Below, in pieces: positions 58,690 to 64,000 of a stretch of 64,000 nt of DNA (its first letter is position 1; each line of letters opens with the position of its first letter). Below the pieces are notes generated by a model. It did no database searches. It was given only the letters and a program-made list of their open reading frames with translations, and was not told the DNA's origin. Source of the stretch: an uncultured Microthrixaceae bacterium. GTDB lineage: Bacteria; Actinomycetota; Acidimicrobiia; Acidimicrobiales; DATDAH01. The stretch lies in the NCBI GenBank assembly GCA_963701565.1, contig CAVPAN010000005.1, positions 409,672-473,671 of the forward strand. The letters run 5' to 3'. The position numbers and the translations under genes were made by a program.

Positions 58690-59880
58690 CTACTTGGTCA
58701 GGATGACGGAGGAGCCGTGGCCGAAGAGGCCCTGGTTGGCGGTGATGCCGACCTGGGCGCCGTCGACCTGGCGGTCGCCGGCCTGGCCCCGGAGCTGCCA
58801 GGTGAGCTCGCAGACCTGGGCCAGGGCCTGGGCGGGGATGGCCTCGCCGAAGCTGGACAGGCCGCCCGAGGTGTTGACCGGGATGCGGCCGCCGATGGTG
58901 GTGTCGCCGGCCCGGACGAGCTGTTCGGCCTCGCCCTCCTTGCACAGGCCGAGGCTCTCGACCCAGTCCAGCTCGAGGGCGGTGGACAGGTCGTAGACCT
59001 CGGCCAGGTCGATGTCGTCGGGGCCGAGGCCGGCTTCCTCGTAGGCCGCGGCGCTGATGGCGGCCCGGTAGGTCAGCTCGGGGGCGGCGGAGACGGCGGC
59101 GGAGTCGGTGGCGAACTCGGGCAGGTCGAGCACCGTGTTCGGGTACGTCGGGGTCACCGTGGAGATGGCGGCCACCTTGAGCGTGTCGGCCACGCCCCGG
59201 CGCTCGGCCTCGTCCTGGCTCATCAGGATGACCGCGGCCCCGCCGTCGGAGGTGGCGCAGATCTCGAGCAGGCGCAGCGGGTCGGCGACCATCGGTGAGG
59301 CCAGGACCTCCTCGACGGTGACCTCCTTGCGGTAGCGGGCCTTGGGGTTGGCCAGGCCGTGCTTGGCGTTCTTGACCTTGACCTTGGCGAAGTCCTCGTC
59401 GGTGGCGCCGTAGAGGTCCATGCGGCGCCGGGCGTAGAGGGCGAAGTAGGTCGGGTTGGTGGCGCCCAGGAGGTGGAAGCGCAGCCAGTCCGGGTCGGTG
59501 AAGCGATCGGGGCCCTCGACGGGCTTGAAGAAGCCCTTGGGCGTGGTGTCGGCGCCGACCACGAGGGCGATCTCGCAGGCCCCGGCCCGGATGCGGTCCC
59601 GGGCCACGCTCATGGCGGTGGCGCCCGAGGCACAGGCGGCGTAGCTGCTGGCGACGGGGACGCCGGTCCAGCCCATGGCCTGGGCGAAGGTGGCCCCGGC
59701 GATGAAGCCCGGGTAGCCGTTGCGGATGGTGTCGGCGCCGGAGACGAACTCGACGTCCTGCCAGTCGAGGCCGCTGTCGGCCAGCGCGTCGGCGACCGCG
59801 GCCCGGCCGTACTCGACGAAGTTGCGGCCCCACTTGCCCCAGGGGTGCATGCCGACTCCGGCGACGACGACGTCCCTCAT
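58690..59880 (-). CDS. thiolase-like protein (lipid-transfer/aldolase type)
   Basis: Internal ATG at 59880 (MRDVVVAGVGMHPWGKW), 396 aa. Contains NTSGGLSSFGEA. ATGA overlap with the upstream DUF35 gene. Confidence 0.85.
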   Translation of the reverse strand: MRDVVVAGVGMHPWGKWGRNFVEYGRAAVADALADSGLDWQDVEFVSGADTIRNGYPGFIAGATFAQAMGWTGVPVASSYAACASGATAMSVARDRIRAGACEIALVVGADTTPKGFFKPVEGPDRFTDPDWLRFHLLGATNPTYFALYARRRMDLYGATDEDFAKVKVKNAKHGLANPKARYRKEVTVEEVLASPMVADPLRLLEICATSDGGAAVILMSQDEAERRGVADTLKVAAISTVTPTYPNTVLDLPEFATDSAAVSAAPELTYRAAISAAAYEEAGLGPDDIDLAEVYDLSTALELDWVESLGLCKEGEAEQLVRAGDTTIGGRIPVNTSGGLSSFGEAIPAQALAQVCELTWQLRGQAGDRQVDGAQVGITANQGLFGHGSSVILTK

Positions 59881-60335
59881 GGCTGCGCCTCCACCGGCTT
59901 CCACTTCCACACCAGGTGCACGCCCTCGTCGTCCTCGTACAGCGGCTCGACCACCAGCTCGACCTCCTGGCCGGTGGTGAGATCGGCCACGCCGACGCCG
60001 TCGACGACCTGGCCCATGACGATCAGCCGCTCCTCGGCCAGCTCCACCGCGGCCTGGGTGAACGGCCGGAACTCCTCGTGCGGGCTGACGTAGGGCGCCG
60101 GGGGCTGGTACTGGGCGTCGGTGTAGGACCAGATCTTCCCGGTCCGGCTCAGCTCGACCTCGATCAGCTCCGTGCTGCCGCAGCCCGGGCGCCGGCACCA
60201 GCCGGTCTCCTTCGGGAAGAAGTAGGTGCCGCAGGCGCGGCACCTGGTGCCGAGCAGATGGGGCGGATCGTCGAGGGTGAACCACCCCTCGATCGCCGCC
60301 ACGCGCGGCTTCGCCGCCGCTCCCGTGGAGGTCAC
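59877..60335 (-). CDS. Zn-ribbon/OB-fold protein (DUF35)
   Basis: 152 aa, GTG start. CRACGTYFFPKETGWCRRPGCG zinc ribbon followed by an OB-fold. Confidence 0.85.
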   Translation of the reverse strand: MTSTGAAAKPRVAAIEGWFTLDDPPHLLGTRCRACGTYFFPKETGWCRRPGCGSTELIEVELSRTGKIWSYTDAQYQPPAPYVSPHEEFRPFTQAAVELAEERLIVMGQVVDGVGVADLTTGQEVELVVEPLYEDDEGVHLVWKWKPVEAQP

Positions 60336-60354
60336 GGCGTCAGGCTACTCGCCC

Positions 60355-60422
60355 CATCTGACGGGTCGTCAGGTCCCGACGGGAGCCCGCCTCGTCTTGC
60401 ACCGTGATCTGACGGGGGTCAG
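60355..60422. promoter_or_regulatory. two copies of ATCTGACGGG..GTCAGG palindromic element in a divergent promoter region
   Basis: CTGACGggtCGTCAG at 60358-60372 and CTGACggggGTCAG at 60409-60422. The flanking ATCTGACGGG and GTCAGGCT strings are also repeated. The whole 99-bp region lies between the DUF35 operon and the acyl-CoA dehydrogenase gene. Confidence 0.4.
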
Positions 60423-60434
60423 GCTCTGCGCCGC

Positions 60435-61587
60435 ATGGACCTGACCTTCTCGCCGCAGCACGAGGCCTTCCGGGCCGAGGCGCGGGAGTGGCTGCGGGCC
60501 AATGTGCCCTCTGACCTCGGGTCGATGAACAAGGCCGATGGCTTCGCCAAGCACAAGGACTGGGAACGGAAGCTCTTCGACGCCCGCTGGGCCGTCGTGT
60601 CCTGGCCCGAGGAGTACGGCGGCCGGGGCGCCGACCTCATCGAGTGGCTGATCTTCGAGGAGGAGTACTGGGCTGCCGGCGGCCCCGGCCGGGTCACCCA
60701 GAACGGCATCTTCCTCCTGGCCCCCACGATCTTCGAGCACGGGACCAAGGAGCAGCAGGACCGCTACCTGCCCAAGATGGCGGCGGGGGAGGAGCTGTGG
60801 GCCCAGGGCTGGTCCGAGCCCGACGCCGGCTCCGACCTGGCCGGGCTGCGCAGCCGCGCGGTGCAGGACGGCGACGACTGGGTGCTGATCGGGTCAGAAG
60901 ACCTGGTCGACCCGCGGCGTGTTCTGTGACTGGCTCTTCGGCCTGTTCCGCTCCGACCCCGATGCCGCCAAGCACAAGGGGCTGACCTACTTCCTGGTCC
61001 CGCTCGATGCCGAAGGGGTGACGGTGCGGCCCATCAGCGGGCTGCACGACGACGTGGCCTTCGCCGAGGTCTTCCTCGAGGAGGTCCGGGTGCCGTCGGC
61101 CAACGTCCTCGGTGGGGTGAACGAGGGCTGGCGGGTGGCCATGGCCACGGCGTCCTCCGAGCGGGGCCTGACCCTGCGCAGCCCGGGCCGGTTCATGGCC
61201 GCCGCCGACCGGCTGATCGACCTCTACCGCCGCCGCCCCGACGAGCACCTGCGGGACGAGGTGGCCCAGGCCTGGATGAACGCCGAGGCCTACCGCCTCC
61301 TGACCTTCCAGGCCATCAGCCGGATGCTGCAGACCGGCCGGCCGATGGGGGCCGAGGCCAGCCTGATGAAGCTGTGGTGGTCCGAGCTGGATGTCCACCT
61401 CAACGAGACCGCCCAGCGCCTGGTCGGCGCCGATGCCGAGCTGGGCCTGGACAGCGAGGATGCCCCCGACGGTGGCCGCTGGCTGGACGGCTGGCTGTTC
61501 TCCCTCGCCGGTCCCATCTACGCCGGCACCAACGAGATCCAGCGCAACGTGGTCGCCGAGCGCGTCCTCGGCCTCCCGAGGGTCTGA
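60435..61587 (+). pseudogene. acyl-CoA dehydrogenase, one frameshift
   Basis: ORF 60435..60929 (…WAQGWSEPDAGSDLAGL..DGDDWVL) joins ORF 60919..61587 (FCDWLFGLFRSDPDAAKHKGLTYFLVP...IYAGTNEIQRNVVAE) near 60895. Confidence 0.85.
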
Positions 61588-61675
61588 CCATGTCCCGACC
61601 CCATCCTGTTCTGGGTGACGTGGGGTGTTGTGGGCGACATGGGGCGTCACCCGGAACGGATCGGGGGGCGGGCTG

Positions 61676-62639
61676 ATGGAGTTCGCCTTCTCGGAGGACC
61701 AGTACGCGTTCCGGGACGCGGTGCGGGACCTGCTGGTCGGGACCTGCCCGCCGAAGGCCGTGCGGGCCTCGTGGGATGCCGACGATCCGTGGGAGCGGGA
61801 CCGCTGGTCGGCCCTGGCCGAGATGGGTGTCGTCGGGCTGATGGCCCCGGAAGGCGCCGGCGGCCTGGGCCTGACCGAGGTCGATCTCGTCCTCCTGCTC
61901 GAGGAGGCCGGCCGGGCCGCGCTGCCCGAGCCGCTCGCCGACACCGCGTTGCTGCTCCCCCTGGTCCCCGACGAATGGCAGGAGCCGATCGCCTCCGGCC
62001 AGATCGCCCTCGGCGTCGCCTCGGCCGAGGCCACCCACGTGGTCGGTCCGGTCGGCGCTGACTTCATCGTCGTCGGCGACCAGGTGTTCGGCCCGCCCGA
62101 CGACGCCGACGAGCAGCGGTCCGTGGACGGTTCCCGGCGCCTGCTCCGGGTCGGGGACGTCGTCGACCGCGACGGCGACGGCGTGTTCCGCCTCACCGGG
62201 GACCCCTTCGACCGGATGGCGTTCGGCACGGCGGCGACCCTCGTGGGCTTGGCGCGCCACCTCATCGACGTCACGGTCGAGTACGCCAAGCAGCGGCAGC
62301 AGTTCGGCCAGCCCATCGGCGGGTTCCAGGCCGTCAAGCATCACCTGGCCGTCGGCGCTGCTCGCCGTCGAGTTCGCGGCACCAGCGGTGTACCGGGCCG
62401 CCTGGTCGCTGGCCACCGACCAGCCGACCGTCCCCCGGGACGTCTCGATGGCCAAGGCCATGGCCGGCGACGCCGCCGAGCAGGCGGCTCGGGTCGCCCT
62501 CCAGGTCCACGGCGCCATCGGCTACACGTTCGAGTCGGACCTCCACCTCTGGATGAAGCGGGTCTGGGCCCTCAGCCCCGCCTGGGGCGACGCCAGGTGG
62601 CACCGCCGCCGTGTCGCCGACGCCGTCATCGACGGCTGA
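61676..62639 (+). pseudogene. short acyl-CoA dehydrogenase-family subunit, one frameshift
   Basis: Starts at ATG 61676 (MEFAFSEDQYAFRDAV). After ..QFGQPIGGFQAVKHHLA the frame changes near 62350 to ALLAVEFAAPAVYRAAWSL...QVHGAIGYTFESDLHLWMKR (ORF 62388..62639). About 320 aa in total. Confidence 0.75.
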
Positions 62640-62757
62640 GGCTCCGCGCCGCGGATCAGGCGGTGGCCGAACAGATCGTTCCGTCCCGGACCCACTCCGC
62701 CTTGACCGGGCCGGGGGTCGGCCTCGGAATGCCGGATGGGGCGCCGATGATCCATCC

Positions 62758-63988
62758 ATGAGCCCGGAGGCGTTCTTCCTGATCGGCGCGCTCTGCGCCG
62801 GGCCCGCCTTCCTGGCCACGTTCCGCGGACGGGCGCCGTTCGCCATGGCGTGGTTCCTGGCCGGCTGGCTGACGGGGGAGTTCGCCCTCTTCCACCTCGC
62901 CGGGCAAGCCGTCGTCGTGGCCATCGGCGTGGCCGGCGGCGCCACCGACACGCCGATCGGTCAGGTCGGCTTGGCCCTCATGGGGCTCAGCGCGGTCGGC
63001 CTCGTCCTTGCTCACCAACGGGCCCGACAGGCCGAGGCCGCCGTCGAGGCCGCCCTGGTCGCCACCCTCGGCGCCGGCTATCGGGCCGCCATCGGCCCGG
63101 CCCGGGCCGAAGCGCTACGTCGCGGCGTCCCCCGGGGATTGCTGCTGCGACCCTTCCGGTACGAGGTGCCCGAGGTCCAGGTCGTCCGCGACTTGTCCTA
63201 CGGGCCGCACGGGAAGCTGAACACCATCGACGTCTACCGCCGAGGGGATCTCGCCGGCCTGTCCCCGACCCTGGTCCACGTCCACGGCGGGTCCTGGATG
63301 CACGGGCGCAAGGAGCGCCAGGCCAAGCCCCTGACCTGGCACCTGGCCCAGCAGGGCTGGGTCGTCGTGTCCATCAACTACCGGCTCAGCCCCAAGGCCA
63401 CCTTCCCCGATCACGTGGACGACGTGAAGGCCGCCGTGGCCTGGGTCCGGGATCACGCGGAGGAGCTGGGCGCCGACCCCGACTTCATCGTCCTGACCGG
63501 GGGCTCTGCCGGCGGGCACCTGGCCGCGCTGGCCGCCCTCGATCCGTCCACCGGGGTGCAGGGCTGCGTCCCCCACTACGGCATCTACGACTTCCTCGAC
63601 CGGCACCGGGCCCGGGGCCGCCACAGCCTCGAGGGCTTCCTCCGCAAGAGGATCATGAAGTGCTCGCCGCGTCGAGTGTCCCGACGCGTGGGACGCGGCG
63701 TCACCGATCGCCCAGGTCGGCCCCCACGCCCCGCCGTTCTTCGTGCTCCACGGCACCTTCGACTCGATGGCCTACGTCACCGAGGCGCGGGTCTTCGTCG
63801 AGTCGTTGCGGGAGGCGAGCACCCAACCCGTCGTCTACGCCGAGCTCCCCGCCGCCCAGCACGCCTTCGACACGTTCCACACCGTGCGCTCCATCCACGT
63901 CGTCAACGGCGTCGCCCGCTGGCTCGCCTGGCTCCACGCCACCCGCCCGGTCCGACCTGCGATCAGCGGGCCGGTGAGGCCCGGTTGA
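62758..63988 (+). pseudogene. alpha/beta hydrolase (HSL-type esterase/lipase) with N-terminal TM segments, one frameshift
   Basis: The frame from ATG 62758 is not in the ORF track because it has no stop in the window. It contains LVHVHGGSWMHG (HGG oxyanion motif) and LTGGSAGGHLA (GxSxG). After RKRIMKCSP the conserved C-terminal part DAWDAASPIAQVGPHAPPFFVLHGTFDSM...QHAFD continues in the frame of ORF 63743..63988. The break is near 63670. Confidence 0.75.
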
Positions 63989-64000
63989 GGACGACGTGCT

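Overview
High-GC (by eye about 70%) Actinobacteria-type chromosomal segment, densely coding: about 62 protein genes. I found no rRNA, tRNA, CRISPR array, transposase, integrase or phage genes. Many long ORFs in the supplied track are Arg/Gly/Pro-rich antisense shadows of the real genes. The content is mostly lipid and steroid-type catabolism: 4 acyl-CoA synthetases, 5 acyl-CoA dehydrogenases, 2 classical thiolases, 2 thiolase-like/DUF35 pairs, 2 enoyl-CoA hydratases, many SDRs and an LLM oxidoreductase. There is an echA20-ipdA-ipdB-ipdC-like block at 48.3-51.7 kb. A neutral-lipid module (WS/DGAT, acyltransferase, carboxyltransferase) sits at 34.4-38.2 kb. Other genes include ppa, phoD, an ABC-2 exporter, a MacB-type ABC pair, a GH31 glycosidase and secreted or lipoprotein genes. 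Main observations follow. (1) An HTH plus B12-binding regulator carries the CarH-type Wx9EH signature. Three copies of a TTAGCNCTAAG operator go with it: two sit in a near-consensus promoter for a fasciclin lipoprotein and one lies over its own start. (2) Three exact matches to the mycobacterial KstR operator consensus lie just upstream of catabolic genes, with no TetR gene in the window. (3) A tandem pair of 52-nt hairpin-capable repeats lies in the ipdC/GH31 intergenic region. (4) Frameshifts are very unevenly distributed. There are none in the first 15.8 kb, at least 16 interrupted genes after that, and hot spots in the MacB-type ABC pair, GH31, a 2-hydroxyacid dehydrogenase and an acyltransferase. 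(5) Other items are an HtpX/M48 homologue with all zinc ligands replaced, a protein with a ParB-type GLGRGL N-terminal motif, palindromic operators at MarR-GNAT and MerR genes, and a recurring leaderless-type promoter layout. All function calls come from reading the translations against remembered family motifs. No searches were run.
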